64,000 nt of DNA from Cyanidioschyzon merolae (lineage: Eukaryota): the NCBI GenBank assembly GCA_000091205.1, contig AP006490.2; one strand, given 5' to 3'. Positions 45,515-57,811 of this stretch are shown here, piece after piece (the stretch's first letter is position 1; each line of letters starts with the position of its first letter). Under the pieces are notes generated by a model. That model made no database searches. It was not told the origin of the DNA and saw nothing but the letters and a program-made list of their open reading frames with translations. Position numbers and translations under genes: made by a program.

Positions 45515-46717
45515 ATGGGAAGAAACGAGAGCGCCGGCATGAACTGGTCGGCCTACGCGGGAATCACGCTTAGACTTCCGTGGACAGAGAGCGGGGTCGT
45601 AGAGGCAGCGCATACGCCAACCGATGCCCGTGTGTGCGACCGGAGCACGCCGGTCGGACTCACGGAAGTACCTGTCTTGCGTCACTCAGACCAAAGCAGC
45701 GTGTTTGTGAACCGTAGTGGGGCCTCTTCGGGAGACGATTGCAGCCCTGCGTCGGTGCATCTTGAAACCGGGCAGGATGCAGTGTTTCTACGCCATTTTC
45801 CGGAATGGGCACGGGATGGAAGACACGAACGGCATACTTTGGATTCCGCATCGACAATGCGCTTGTACTTTTCAAAGTCAGCCGATATTTTTGAGGACTT
45901 TTCGAATCAACGCAAGCTCTGCCCGTCGCCATCCGCTTCCCTAATCTCCTGGAGTGCCGAAATTAACAATGATCGCGAAAAGGGCGATCTAGTCGGGCGC
46001 ATACTCAGTGCCGCTTTGTTGAGCTGGGTCGCGGACAACGAACAGACGAGAGCGAGAGGAATGCAAATGCAGGAAGCATCACCTTTCCATGCCAGTCGAA
46101 TACCATCTATCTCCGTGGAGGCGTATTTCGAGAGGATCTACACGTTTGCTTTCTGTAGCAAAGCATGTTACGTGATTGCGCTTCTGTACCTGGATCGTCT
46201 GAGCGCTCGCAATGCGAACCTCGCGCTGACAAGCTTTACCGCGCACCGCCTGCTCATCACAGCTGTTATGCTCGCCGCCAAATTCTTCGACGATATTTTT
46301 TACAATAATGCGTACTATGCCAAGGTTGGCGGTCTGCCCCTGTCTGAAATGAATGCTCTTGAAGTTCGAATGCTGCGAGAGCTATCATACCAACTGAATG
46401 TATCAGTGGAAGAATTTTACAATTTCGAGAGCATGCTCATCAATAGAGCCGTCAGATCTGCCCCGGAACTTGGTCGACAACTGTCCGAGTCAGGGTTTCC
46501 GCTCCACCATACTCTTTGGCATCCACTCAGCCCTAGTTTGCCCATACCGCCGGCATGGGGCAACTTATGCCAGAATGCTCCTGGAAATGATCCGCAGACT
46601 CCGAAAGTTGTCGCCGGGTGGCCATGTGTATGGATCAAACAGCCGCTGCAGATAGACTGCCCCAAAATAGAGGGTGCAATGCATGCGGAGAGCAGGCGTG
46701 TCTCATATTGGCACTGA
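45515..46717 (+). CDS. PHO80-like (P/U-type) cyclin, about 400 aa from first ATG
   Basis: cyclin box …YFERIYTFAFCSKACYVIALLYLDRL…FTAHRLLITAVMLAAKFFDDIFYNNAYYAKVGGLPLSEMNALEVRMLRELSYQL…; track ORF starts with GTG at 45326. Confidence 0.75.
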   Translation: MGRNESAGMNWSAYAGITLRLPWTESGVVEAAHTPTDARVCDRSTPVGLTEVPVLRHSDQSSVFVNRSGASSGDDCSPASVHLETGQDAVFLRHFPEWARDGRHERHTLDSASTMRLYFSKSADIFEDFSNQRKLCPSPSASLISWSAEINNDREKGDLVGRILSAALLSWVADNEQTRARGMQMQEASPFHASRIPSISVEAYFERIYTFAFCSKACYVIALLYLDRLSARNANLALTSFTAHRLLITAVMLAAKFFDDIFYNNAYYAKVGGLPLSEMNALEVRMLRELSYQLNVSVEEFYNFESMLINRAVRSAPELGRQLSESGFPLHHTLWHPLSPSLPIPPAWGNLCQNAPGNDPQTPKVVAGWPCVWIKQPLQIDCPKIEGAMHAESRRVSYWH

Positions 46718-46726
46718 CAGCGCAAG

Positions 46727-47521
46727 CTACTTTGGAGACCAGGGGCGCAGAGCGCTCCAAGACTTTGGATCGGAAACAGCAAACTCTAAAAGACAAGCTC
46801 CAATCGCATGGCCATCCTGTGGAACCTTAAGGCTAGCCGCTGCACTCCAATACGCGTCAAGTTTGAGTCTGCCCCTTTCAAGACTTGAAGAAAGCAGCGC
46901 GGGCATGAGTTCGGTCGTTGCGCCAAACTCAGGATGCCCCTGCAGGCACAGAATACGATCTTCGGGAAGCAAGTATCCTTCCACAGGACAAGATGGACTC
47001 GACGCCAATAATACAGCACCTGGCGGAAGTACCTGCACTTCGTCAAAGTGGAAGTATATCAGACAAACCGTGTCCGCGTCCAGGGTGCCCCCCGAGAGCC
47101 GTCGGAACAGCTCGCGTCCACGAGCAGTCAGCTGCGTCGAGACGCAACCAACCTCCGGGCCGGCGGCTACGGACCCGCACTTTCCACCCAGTGCCTCCGC
47201 TATGACCTGGTGGCCAAAACAGATCCCCACAAGGGGAATTCGACCACGTGCTCTTTGGATATTGTGTTTGAGCGTTTGAATCCACAGGTCTTCATCGTAC
47301 GCTGAGGAAAAAGAACCGCTTATGAACACGGCCCTCAGAGAGGAATCATCGAGATCAGGGAACTCACCCCGTGCTGCCTCATACCGTGTGTAGACCAAGT
47401 TCTTCTGTCCTGTTTGTTCAAAAAGTTGGACAAAGGCATCGAAAAACCCGCTGCAGCCTGTTCGTTGTTTCACAGCTTCCGGCAGCGTTTGGCAGTCAAC
47501 AACAGCTATTTGATCTATCAT
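46727..47521 (-). CDS. class I glutamine amidotransferase-like protein (GATase1 domain), 264 aa
   Basis: ATG at 47521; nucleophile elbow …LVGICFGHQVIAEALGG… and downstream His/Glu region; stop 9 nt from the convergent cyclin stop. Confidence 0.75.
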   Translation of the reverse strand: MIDQIAVVDCQTLPEAVKQRTGCSGFFDAFVQLFEQTGQKNLVYTRYEAARGEFPDLDDSSLRAVFISGSFSSAYDEDLWIQTLKHNIQRARGRIPLVGICFGHQVIAEALGGKCGSVAAGPEVGCVSTQLTARGRELFRRLSGGTLDADTVCLIYFHFDEVQVLPPGAVLLASSPSCPVEGYLLPEDRILCLQGHPEFGATTELMPALLSSSLERGRLKLDAYWSAAASLKVPQDGHAIGACLLEFAVSDPKSWSALRPWSPK

Positions 47522-47594
47522 ACATAAACGAAAAGATGCGGAGAATGCCTTGCACTGTACTGTTCTCTAGACACTTCAGGACGCCCTTTGCGCG

Positions 47595-50510
47595 TCGACA
47601 CAAGCGGTCGTGCCCGCGAGCAGCAGCGTACCCCAGTGTGTGAGGGCGAGGCAACGAAGGTTTCAACGGAGCGAAAACGTTTCGCGACTGCAGAGTACAC
47701 CAATACCGACGTACAGACGCCTCCCCGTCTTTTTCGACCGGCTGGCTGCCATCGGCTTCAGCTTTTCCTTGTACATTTCGACCCGGAGAGGTTCCCCCAC
47801 AAAATTGGCTCTTGTAAACTCCAGAGGTCTCCTCTCCGGCACCGCACATCTCCATATATTTGTAGCGGCGTTAAAGTCTCGATTCACGAACTCCATGCGT
47901 TTCTCTCCGTTGTGGCTGTACTCAATAATGTGAGTAGTCCTCGAACTTGAGCCCTCCGCTCCATTTCCTGTTCTGTCAGCTCTCCGTGCTTTTCTATATC
48001 CTCAGCGCTCCGCCGGCACTTTTCCATCTCGACCTGCTGAAATTTACACCCCAGCTCGTGGTGTATACATGACGTTCGAAACTCATCTACCAGTATTGTG
48101 ACAAAACTGTGTGCGCACTCCTTGTACGCTCGTGTCGATGAAGCTGGTATACTCCTTTTTTGGGAACCGAGCGCCCTGAACCGTATGCTATGATGAGCCT
48201 TGGACTCTTGGTCTCTTTGAGAGCGCTCAACTGATTGAAGAGATTGGAGAATGCATGTCGCTTCCCACGGTACAATTTCATACGCTGACGAGCTCAGCGG
48301 GGCTTTGTGTACTCTTTCCCCAGCTCCTCGTGATGAGCAGCTCGTGTTTCCATGAACTCTAGAAAAGCTTGAAAGTTCGCTCCGCGGCTCTTCACATTAC
48401 TGATCACTTCCAGGTGCTCCATCGCTCCTGCGTTCCGTTTCTCACTTTTTTCCTTGCATTCATTATTCCCCATTCTCGGTAGTATCTCGCTCTCGAGAAC
48501 ATTAAAAGACGCGTATCGTTTCAGCATAAGTTGCCTTTGGTACCATTTTTGCTACATTTGGGAGCAGGGATGGTCATGATGTTCGTGTTCCCAGGGTAAA
48601 GGACTACGACAACGTCGTTCCCCTGCAGCTCCTGCGTCGCAAGATGCGCCTCCTTTTCTTGATGCCTCGCCGAGGACGAAGCTGTAGACACAATAGGACG
48701 ATCTGCCTTCAAGCGCCGATAGTGTCCATACATGTATACTCCATCGCTTCCGATCATCCACGTGAACACCTTTTTCTTGCTCATTTTGCGACGTTTGAAA
48801 TCGAAGATATATCTACAAAATGACTCACGGTTTTCGCCAGTGAACTCCTCCCTGCTTACATTGAACTCCGAGCTGATCTCCCTCATGATACCGTCATGGG
48901 CTGCGAAGTCGATTGTCACAAAGTGCTACGTGATCTCGCATATCGGAACGACATGGGAGCGCTTCCCCAGAAGCGCAGCCTTCCGTTTCTCCGACTTTTT
49001 TCCCACAACCGGCTCCATTTCGGCCTTGCGTTCGAGTTCTCGGTTCACGAACGCGATGCAGCCCAGGATGAGAGGATAAAATCTATTTTCATCTTTGTTT
49101 CATATCTGATACCTATTCTACTGGGTTGACCAGCCCCAAAACTGCACGTTGCTCTTGAATAGTCGCACGGATCACAGAGGCGTCATTCTTTCCTATGTGT
49201 GATGTGTTCTCGTCGATGAATTCGATCTTCTTTTCATTCTTACTATCGTTAGCGATGCCATCGACGAGGGTCCATCTTGCCCTGCGAGATACGCCCGGGT
49301 AGAGTGCAAGTGTGAAGCGTACCATGAAGCGTTTGAGGTTCACGATCATGTAGTTCCTCAGGTCCGTGAGGTACTTGATCTCCCCGTAGGAGAAAATATC
49401 CGCGTCACCCCTGTGTCTAGTACCGTCGAAGCGGAATACGGGGTGAATTTCGTGGAGTGCACGTTCTTGCTCATTTCTCCTGGAGGTTTCCCCAATGCCA
49501 AATATCAGTTGACCAATAAAGGTTTTGCTGAGAAACCCTTCCGGGACATCGACTGTTTTGATGTGCGGCACGTAGCGATACATCTCCCTCGCCATATGCA
49601 TCAGTCCCAAAGAAGTGTTACGAACACTGTTCGCGAAGGAAGCGACACGGTTTCTGATGGCCCTTGCATCTCTTTTCTTGTACAGATCCTTTATACGGCG
49701 TTGAAGACAGGCTTTCACCAGCATCTCGTCGCACAGTTCTCTTTCGTGTAGCGTTTGACGTTGGGCCTCCTGCTTCTGCTTCTTTGTGTTCTCGTGTTCC
49801 GCTTTGCTCGGCACAGTTTTTCGTTTTTTTTCCGGCGGCCAACGACACCGTCCCTTTAGGATATTCTACTTCCATGTCTATATCCATGAGCGAAAGTGAG
49901 GCCGCCGAATAAATCCTCTGCAGATAGAACGGATGATGTCCTCTTTCTCATCGAGCTCGATCATACGCACAACGGACTCCCTCTCCGCAAATAATCACAC
50001 ACGCTCCGACCGGTTCGCCCGAAGCAAGTCTCACTGACAGAAAGGAATCGACTTCCCTGTGCTTCAGACCGATCGCAACGTTCCAGGAAAGCTGTTATTG
50101 CGAATTCGATGGAAGACAGCCGTGGGTGAACTAGGGCTCTGTTTTTGTGACAGTATTCGATTGTTTTCAGGACCACACGAACAAACTGGTGAGAAATGAA
50201 GGCGCCCGTTATGGCTTCTATCGTCGCTTTTGCCTTTCATACGATGAAAAATCGGTGGTTTCCTACCACGGACCGAAAGCACGCTTTGAGAAAGCCGGCT
50301 CTATGGCGCAAAGCGAATACATTTGTTTCTTTCAGTGCTCCCCACCCAAATGAGTACTGTGGTACGACTGGCCAGAAGGGGAAAGGCAATCTTTCTGGCA
50401 CTGTCCAGTGAGGAGTACATGCTACAGGCAATTCGTCTACGATCTATAAGGTACGTTGCATCGTGATTTCGACTACATAACATACACCGCAGCGAGGATG
50501 AAATAATATT
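47595..50510 (-). mobile_element. Fanzor/TnpB-like element, full-length diverged copy C (about 70% nt identity to copies A/B), sense on minus strand, interrupted
   Basis: Collinear ORF pieces 50301..50525, 50064..50282, 49113..49814 (233 aa, spanning three pieces of copy A), 48521..48919 (RuvC-I region, VVVVLYPGNTNIMTIPAP), 48294..48527, 48087..48281, 47663..47896 (MEFVNRDFNAATNI). Terminal nucleotide homology to copy A at both ends was aligned by hand. Confidence 0.6.
47663..48919 (-). pseudogene. C-terminal catalytic half of TnpB/Fanzor-like protein in copy C; RuvC-I Asp replaced (GADP to VLYP), private nonsense codon after …KEYTKPR
   Basis: same frame-shift position between RuvC-I piece and next piece as in copies A/B; stop where copies A/B encode Trp. 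Confidence 0.55.
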
Positions 50511-52964
50511 CTGTTGAAAGAACATAATCGAAGTCTCTGACTGCAGAGGTCTTGATTTGGTTTGAGATACAGGTAGCAGCCCCTATTCCAGATAAGCAGT
50601 GTACTGCGTGATGCCGTTCTCCTTGCACCTTTGAACGGGATGTTTTCGTCTTGATGTTCTTCGAAACATGTGCAGCAGCCAGCCCCGTGTCAGATCAAAA
50701 AGAGAGCACTTCACTTCTCTCTCTATTCCAGCTTTCCGATATTACCTAACTGCTTTACATGAACACTCTTGACATCCAAAGTGCAGCAACGCGCTGTTAT
50801 GGGTTCATACGTAGTTCTAGGCATCCAGGCCGTCTCCTGGACTATCTGCCTTAGGGCTTTGCTCCTGGAAATCTTCGCGTCACTGAAATTATGATAAATC
50901 CGCAACGCTTTCGAATAAGCGTTTGTAAAAGAATCGATTTCATTATCCAATTCATACGTTCTAGTCTCCAAGCTTCTCCTTTCCTTCCATGCAGCATGCT
51001 CGAATTTCAGAGTTTCCAAGCTTCGATCTCTCCCTTTCAGGGCGACTCGTGAGCGCGGCAATTGTCGCTGCTGGGTTGACAACGGAAAATCAGCCGACGA
51101 CTTTCCTTGAAAAATTCATTCCAAGCTCATGCCGAATGTTGACGTCGCTTCTTACGCCTAATTATTGGTACCATAATTTAGATAAATTGTCGTCTGTTTG
51201 TAGCTATCGAAGAAAGGGGCTTCCACAATAGCATGCTACCTGTTATGCGTTATGCTCCAAGTTGATTCCATGTCTTCTTCTTAGCTGGAAAGCGTCTTAG
51301 AATCGGAATGAACGCTTCCCAGTTATCCCTTCTGGTAGAGCGGGCGCCAATGATTTCAACGAAGGTAGCATAGACGAATCGAAATTCTTCGACTTGTCGC
51401 CCAAACTGGATATTCCTTGCCATAGGTATTCGATCATGGACACCATCGCACTCCACAAATAATCTGTCGAATGAGAGAGCATGCGCTTGCATGTGCAGCA
51501 CACAAAGTGCTCGCCGTTTGGATTGCCTAGAACAAGTCCACGATCGTACGGGTAAGGCACCGGGAGCGGAAGCAGTAATGGGCAACAAGGGTGAGCCTTC
51601 TGTACCCCTCAAGGACATCCAACGAGAAAGAGTGCAAGCGATCACGCGACGCTTTACTGCGCTCCGAGGAGTAGGTGTGGTGCGCATATAGGAGCACCTG
51701 ACAACAATGAAGTGGCACCGCTTCGAAGCGCTCACCAAGGCTCTATACTGGAAACATGGACATGTTTAGCGAAGCGTAGATCGCGTTTTTGGCTGGTGCA
51801 TCAAATGCATAGAGAACAGCCGGCAACTGCGAAAATGGGATTTTGATGCTTTTATCAATATCAGTTGATTGCTGGCAACGGAACCGGAGGGAATAGAGAG
51901 ACCGGCGTGTGTAGAGTTGGAAATAAGAGAGAGAAAAAGGAAGCAGTCGTGGGAAACCCCGCAAACGGTGGTGTTGATGAAGACCGAAGAGACTCAAATG
52001 CTAGTGTGTACACCAGAGTCCGATTCGTGGACTTGTTTCTTTCATTTTGACATGGGTGTAGGACTCTCCTGCCGAATACCGCACCCGTCGCAAACAAAAT
52101 ACGAGAGTCGGTACGCGCATTCAAAGTGCACGTGGTGCTGCGAATCTCCGATGCTCCCCTGTTCTGGAAACTCTATGCCCTGAAGCCTGGACGGCAACCT
52201 GGTTGGAAACCTATCTGTCACGAACAACCTTGCGAACTACGTTTAAGCCCTGCAGCATCACAGAAAAGCTGACTCAAATCCGAGCTGGAAACGTTGCACT
52301 CGGTGCAGTGTTGCTTTTTCAGGGTAAAGCGCGAAACAAGGTCGCGTGTGGGAGTTCACCAAAACGAACAGTATTCCATTCGAAAAACGTGCAAGTCGTT
52401 GCCATGTTGCTTGCAACAACACGTTGTGGCGTCTTTTCGGTTCGTTGCGCATAATCGCCGGTGTTAAGCGAGTTGCCTGGGTGAAGAGCGGAAATGTAAC
52501 GCGATACTAGCAACGATGCGTATCCCGTGAACGAGAGGCAGGTAGGAGCCCGCGGTCTCAAAGAGCAAGGCGATTTCCAAAATCAGGCCAGAACGATTTC
52601 TTCCAGCCAAATCTATCAACAGGCGAGAGCTTCATTGGCCGGGTGGGTATTAAACTCAACACACAACGGCCTCCGTGATCCACGACTCCCGTTCTGCATT
52701 CCTCGGAGGAACACTGGCTCGATCGATCTCGTGAGCCGCAGTGTGCTGTGCGCGAACGCACGCCGCTTCCGGTAACGCTGCCGGTAGGCCGATTTCGGGC
52801 GATGAAGCGGGCGCTGCGAACGCTTGCAACTGCGCCCACTTCTGACAGCTCTCTCGGCGCGTGAAAACTCGGGGCGACTTCCGGTCGCGATCGTACGCTT
52901 CAAGAGAGCCTGGGGCTAGAGGAGAAGCTGTAGACACTTGCGCGACGTTTTTCGGTTTTGCGTA

Positions 52965-54071
52965 ATGTCGCAAAAGTTGGAAGAAACGGCGCGAAGCACC
53001 GGCAAGGTGCTGTGTGCGTTCACAGTGTTGCTGTCTATGAAACAGAGCCACAGGGCGCCTCTTCGTGCTTGGAGTCGAATTCAACCATGCTTTGGAAGCA
53101 GTTGCCATCCCCTTTACAAAAAAGGTACCGGTGCGACTCGCCTGAGCCGGAATAACCGTACAGGGCGAGCAGCTTTGTGGCCGCAGTTGAACGTTGAACA
53201 CCGCAAACCTCGTGTCCAGCGGGAACGAAACGCGCTGAAGGTACGGGCAGACGTGACTGCTGAGCGGGACACCTCAGAAACCTCGAAACTCAGGCAGTTT
53301 GTTCCGAAAGCTATTATATTCGACTGCGACGGCGTGCTGGTGGAGTCCGAGGAACTGCATCGGGTTACGTACAACGAAACATTTGACGCAGAGGGCCTCT
53401 CGCATATTCAATGGTCCCAGGACTATTACGAAATATTGCAGAACAAGATCGGTGGTGGCAAAGAAAAGTACTTGTATCACTTTCAAAATGAGGGATGGCC
53501 CACACCCGAGCAGTGCGGATTCGACACCACGACGCCCAGCGGGCGTGAGGCGCTGATTCAACATCTTCACCAAAGCAAATCAGCGCGTTACGCGGAAAGA
53601 ATACGGAACGATGACTCCATCAGACTGCGACCCGGAGTAGGTGAGATTATCGATACAGCACATAAGCGGGGCATCCGGCTGGCGATCTGCTCTGCCTCGA
53701 ATCGAGAATCCGTGGAGGCTGTTCTGAAACGAATTCTTAGCGAGCGCCCGCCAGGCGCATCGCGATCCAAATCACGTTTTGAAATGTTTGAATTCATAAT
53801 TGCGGGCGATTCTGTGCCAAAGAAAAAACCGGACCCATTGATATACGAGGTTGCTCTGGAGCGTCTAGGTGTTGCTCCGAGCGATTGTCTGGTAATAGAA
53901 GACAGCGCCATTGGCCTCGCAGCCGCTCGCGGGGCTGGCATCCGCTGCGTGATCACGTACACTTGGTACACGAAATCACAGTCTTTTGACGGTGCCACTG
54001 CGATATTCGGGGAACTAGATGGGGTCTCACTGGACGACATCCTTGATGCGGTTACCGTATCGTCGAACTGA
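52965..54071 (+). CDS. HAD-superfamily hydrolase, subfamily IA (CbbY/beta-phosphoglucomutase-like) with ~120-aa N-terminal extension
   Basis: motif I …AIIFDCDGVLVESE…, motif III/IV …KKKPDPLIY…, …LVIEDSAIGLAAARGAGIRCV…; track ORF begins with TTG at 52938, first ATG is 52965. Confidence 0.8.
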   Translation: MSQKLEETARSTGKVLCAFTVLLSMKQSHRAPLRAWSRIQPCFGSSCHPLYKKGTGATRLSRNNRTGRAALWPQLNVEHRKPRVQRERNALKVRADVTAERDTSETSKLRQFVPKAIIFDCDGVLVESEELHRVTYNETFDAEGLSHIQWSQDYYEILQNKIGGGKEKYLYHFQNEGWPTPEQCGFDTTTPSGREALIQHLHQSKSARYAERIRNDDSIRLRPGVGEIIDTAHKRGIRLAICSASNRESVEAVLKRILSERPPGASRSKSRFEMFEFIIAGDSVPKKKPDPLIYEVALERLGVAPSDCLVIEDSAIGLAAARGAGIRCVITYTWYTKSQSFDGATAIFGELDGVSLDDILDAVTVSSN

Positions 54072-55269
54072 AGTCGAACTTGATACGTGGAATCACAGTC
54101 ATTTCAATGCGTGAAGGCGATATTTTTGGGTACTGGGCGAGGTCTCCATTGGCGACATCCTCGAAACCGTTACCACATCATGGAAATAAGATTCAGTCGG
54201 GCGGATATATCGGGGATCTGGTAGAGCATATGCGCGCTGCACGCGAAAGCAGCGCTTTTGCGTCGTATCCATCGTGCACTGCTGGGGCAAAGCATCAAGT
54301 TCCCGTAGAGTGTTTTCCAGATTCCATCGGATGCCGCGGCGTGTGCAGCGATGAGCGACAGTCTGTGTACGGGGTGTTCAGTTGCAGGCTGAAGATTGAA
54401 GCCGTTTACGCGTCCGTTAGCGTGTAAGGCACGCTCACGGAACGGCAGAGCAGCTCGGACCTCTGCGGTTGCTTTGCCTTGTGCAGCAGGAGTCTGGAGG
54501 ACCCCGACACATACGTTCCGACGTTTAGAGTAAAGACCAACCAGCCTCGCTAGCAAAACCGAGTACGGCAACGAAATCAACTTCGTGTCTGAATGAAATT
54601 TTTCAATGCTGCCGATTACGTAATATCCGATAACCTGTTACGTCGAACTGTACGAGATTCCCCGCATGTATCCTCGTCGCATAGCGCGTCTCGCGATAAC
54701 TGTTATGCCAGCGCTCTGCACGTGTGTACGTGCAATGGCTCGAATTTCCTTCGAAACCAGTCTGAAAGGCTGCATGATGCTGAACTTTTCACACCATCAC
54801 TTTTTGAGTTTCTCACAGTTCAGTATTTGGTGCGAGAGCAACGACCAGCCAGATGGCTCGCGAAACTCAGGACGGCACCGGTGAGGTCATCTGGCCAGCC
54901 TCGGACGCCGAATTCGGCATGCGGCTTTTACAATGATCCGGAGACTTCTCCAACGTGAGATTTTGCTGGTAACGCCATCAAGCTACGCAATCGCTTGTCC
55001 ACTGTCATGTGCCCCGAAATGAGCAGCTTCTCGACAGCCGCAGAGGCTGGCTTCGTACGCGAAGACTGTGTTCAGTATGTTGACAAATCAGTTGCGGAAA
55101 TTTTCATGTCACGTTGCCTGGCTCCACTCAGTTCACGGGAGAAGAAGATGATAGTTATTGCCGGAGGTTGCCAAGAGCCCGGTCTCACGGCGATTTCGTA
55201 CGGGACGGTGCTGGACGCAAACCCATTCAGTGAGTTTATCTGGCGAGGTATCTGTGCAAGCCCTCCGAA

Positions 55270-55625
55270 GTTAAAAAAATGACGTTTGCTAAACCCGCAT
55301 CGTTGCGCGCTCGAAAGTGCGGCTTTGCGATCATGAAATCTTCGGCAGAATGAAATGGAACTGATTCAGTTCGTAAACTCGGGAGTACACACCAAAACTT
55401 GATTTTCTTGTCACCATCATCGAGGTCAGTCTGTAGGGGCATTGTCTGGAACTGCTTCCTTTTCCTGTCTCTTATCTCCGGTTTTCAATACACCTGCCTT
55501 TTATTTTCATCCAACTCTATTGGCATCTGCAGAACGATATTCGTAACAGATTTAGTGACCAGATTTTGCTGCTTGCGGCTATGCGTCGAGCGATTTTTGG
55601 TGGTCTCCATTCAGTACGCAGCGTG
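55270..55625 (+). repeat. copy 2 of the ~330-nt non-coding repeat (see 42090-42425)
   Basis: hand alignment, e.g. aactcgggagtacacaccaaaacttgattttcttgtcaccatcatcgagg vs aactctggagtacgcactaaaattttgctctcatgtcaccgtcatcagagg, and ctgcttccttttc…tctccggytttca…cttttattttc core. Confidence 0.45.
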
Positions 55626-56221
55626 GGCATGTTGCTGAAAGGCGGAAGAGTTTCGATAAGAGGAAATCTTTGACCAGGAGAGATAGGACTTCGTTCTCGC
55701 CTACAACTAGACACTGCTGTGGTATGGTCAGCAATGCCGCAACGCTGGAATATCGAGTATATTCACTGTGAGCGATATTCTTTGGCAAGCACTGAACGGT
55801 AGAGGTGCTCCATGATGCGATCTCGCTGCGCATATTTGCCGAGGGAGGCATAGGCGCGAGCGCACAAACACGCCGCTCCCTACGTTTACTCGACTTTTTT
55901 GACCAAGAACGCACCCATCGACAGAACGATCGGAGCAGCGCTTCGGCGATACTAAATGGTAGTGGAGCCTTGAAGACCACGTTCTGGCAGACACTAACCT
56001 GGCGTGCGCTGCGCTGCCCGACCAACTGCCCTCGAGCACCATGCAGCGGAGACGAGAGCTGCGCAACGTCTTCGCGGCACCAGCAGCATACGCAGTTTCG
56101 AATGATACGTTGAATAGCAATAGCCACGGAACCCCTTCATCCTGTTGATGGCTATCTCCAGGATGCTCTAGAGTAACGCATGGCTAGCTTCGACTTAACA
56201 ACGGCGCTAAGTGTGCGTTCT

Positions 56222-57811
56222 CTATCGGGAAGGTAGAGTTGGTGCACGCACAGGGCTCTCGCCCGGCGCAGGGTAAATTTCTTGCGAGGTTTCTACTGAG
56301 GCTACCTGCTGAGGCGCTGGATAGTCCCCACGAGCGACAACCTCAAACTGATGGGCTACACCAGGCTGAGGAATTCGTGGCTGCATGCGGTACGGCACGC
56401 GGTAGATCGGGTGCATGCTACGATTCCCGAACTCGCGTTTGTAATCAATTTTCAGATGCGCATTTTCGAAATGTCGTGTGGTTGGAACAAAGTTACCGCT
56501 TCGGTACTGTTCGATTGCTCGATCGCGAGCCTTCTCCGAAACAAAGACAATAAATGCGAAACCACGCATCGGACGATAATCCACCTTGTGGATTGGACCA
56601 AATCGAGAAAATTCAGCGCGGATCAGATCTTCAGTACTCCCCGGAGGAACGCCGCCAACCCAAATCGTACAAGCAAATGGGAGGTCATCTGCTGCTTTCA
56701 CACCGGAAGACATGGGTATATTCGCTGGTACTGCACCGGGATTCATCCCATAGACAGGCTGTGGTGGTATGAAACCCGGCATCTGGTAGCGCCCCTGCAT
56801 CATTCGGGTCACGTCCGCTGAAGCCAGCACATGCGCATTCGGCAGAGTGCCGAAAGGGTACGGGAAAAAAGGCATCATGCCTGTGCGCTGGAAGTTGCCC
56901 GCGTACGAAAGCGGTTGCGGTGATGGTGCAAACGGGTACATCGGCCCCTGGTGCGCTGCAGGCATTATCACTCTCTCCTGCTCGGCGTCGAGGCCAGCGC
57001 GCGAGAATTGTGGAACGGAATCACTTTGACCATCGCTCGTGTGGGTTGCGGGCGGCAACCAATTCAGAATGTTGCCGTCTAAATAACGCAACACATCGTG
57101 ACATATCCAGACATGGATCGCATCCTGATTGTTATTGAAGAACGCAGCATTTTTTTCGTCGCTTTCCGCCTTCACTTGCTTAAGCCTGAGCCTAAACGTC
57201 TGGATGAATGGGAATAGCGCCACGTATTTCAGCAGCGACACTGGCACAGGCTCCGCATTCCATGCGGGACGAGGCACTTCCGACACATGGATGGAACCGA
57301 CTGCTACTACGTACACGTCGCTTGTCACCGAACCTGGGTGACCTGGGCTCGTGATTTCATCCACATCGTACGAGCTGATTCGAATATCGTAGTAAACCGC
57401 TGGAAGCGCGCTCTGGATCGCTGCTTGCAACAGTCCGACCGCAGTTTCAAGCGGCATCTGCTTTGGATCAAAACTAAACTCCGAGATACGAAACTCAGCG
57501 GGCGACCCAGAGCCACCGTCAACAGAAGCGTGAGGTACATCAGCCCTGCTCCAGCCCGCTGGGGCAGCGTCGCCAGGGCTCTCGGCTGCCGGGGTACGTG
57601 TCCCCGGCAGTGCCTCCTCAGGCAGAGACCCACTGCGCAGTGGGATCCACGGCAAGGTCACTCCACGCAAAACGTAATCACATGTAAGCTGACCTTCCTT
57701 GTCTACATAGAAGCGATGAAAACCTTCCAATTGTCTGCTTAGGGCGCTGTAGTAGGTTTGCAGGAAAGTCTCAATCAGCTGTTTGTGACTGTTGCTCGCT
57801 CCTTTTCCCAT
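56222..57811 (-). CDS. NTF2-like domain + RRM RNA-binding protein (G3BP/Bre5-like), 529 aa
   Basis: N-terminal …IETFLQTYYSALSRQLEGFHRFYVDKEGQL… (NTF2 fold); RRM …CTIWVGGVPPGSTEDLIRAEFSRFGPIHKVDYRPMRGFAFIVFVSEKARDRAIEQ… (RNP2/RNP1); ATG at 57811. Confidence 0.8.
   Translation of the reverse strand: MGKGASNSHKQLIETFLQTYYSALSRQLEGFHRFYVDKEGQLTCDYVLRGVTLPWIPLRSGSLPEEALPGTRTPAAESPGDAAPAGWSRADVPHASVDGGSGSPAEFRISEFSFDPKQMPLETAVGLLQAAIQSALPAVYYDIRISSYDVDEITSPGHPGSVTSDVYVVAVGSIHVSEVPRPAWNAEPVPVSLLKYVALFPFIQTFRLRLKQVKAESDEKNAAFFNNNQDAIHVWICHDVLRYLDGNILNWLPPATHTSDGQSDSVPQFSRAGLDAEQERVIMPAAHQGPMYPFAPSPQPLSYAGNFQRTGMMPFFPYPFGTLPNAHVLASADVTRMMQGRYQMPGFIPPQPVYGMNPGAVPANIPMSSGVKAADDLPFACTIWVGGVPPGSTEDLIRAEFSRFGPIHKVDYRPMRGFAFIVFVSEKARDRAIEQYRSGNFVPTTRHFENAHLKIDYKREFGNRSMHPIYRVPYRMQPRIPQPGVAHQFEVVARGDYPAPQQVASVETSQEIYPAPGESPVRAPTLPSR

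Noticed and set aside
52656-53201. 181-aa minus-strand ORF
   Set aside because: Antisense to the HAD hydrolase N-terminal extension; no support.
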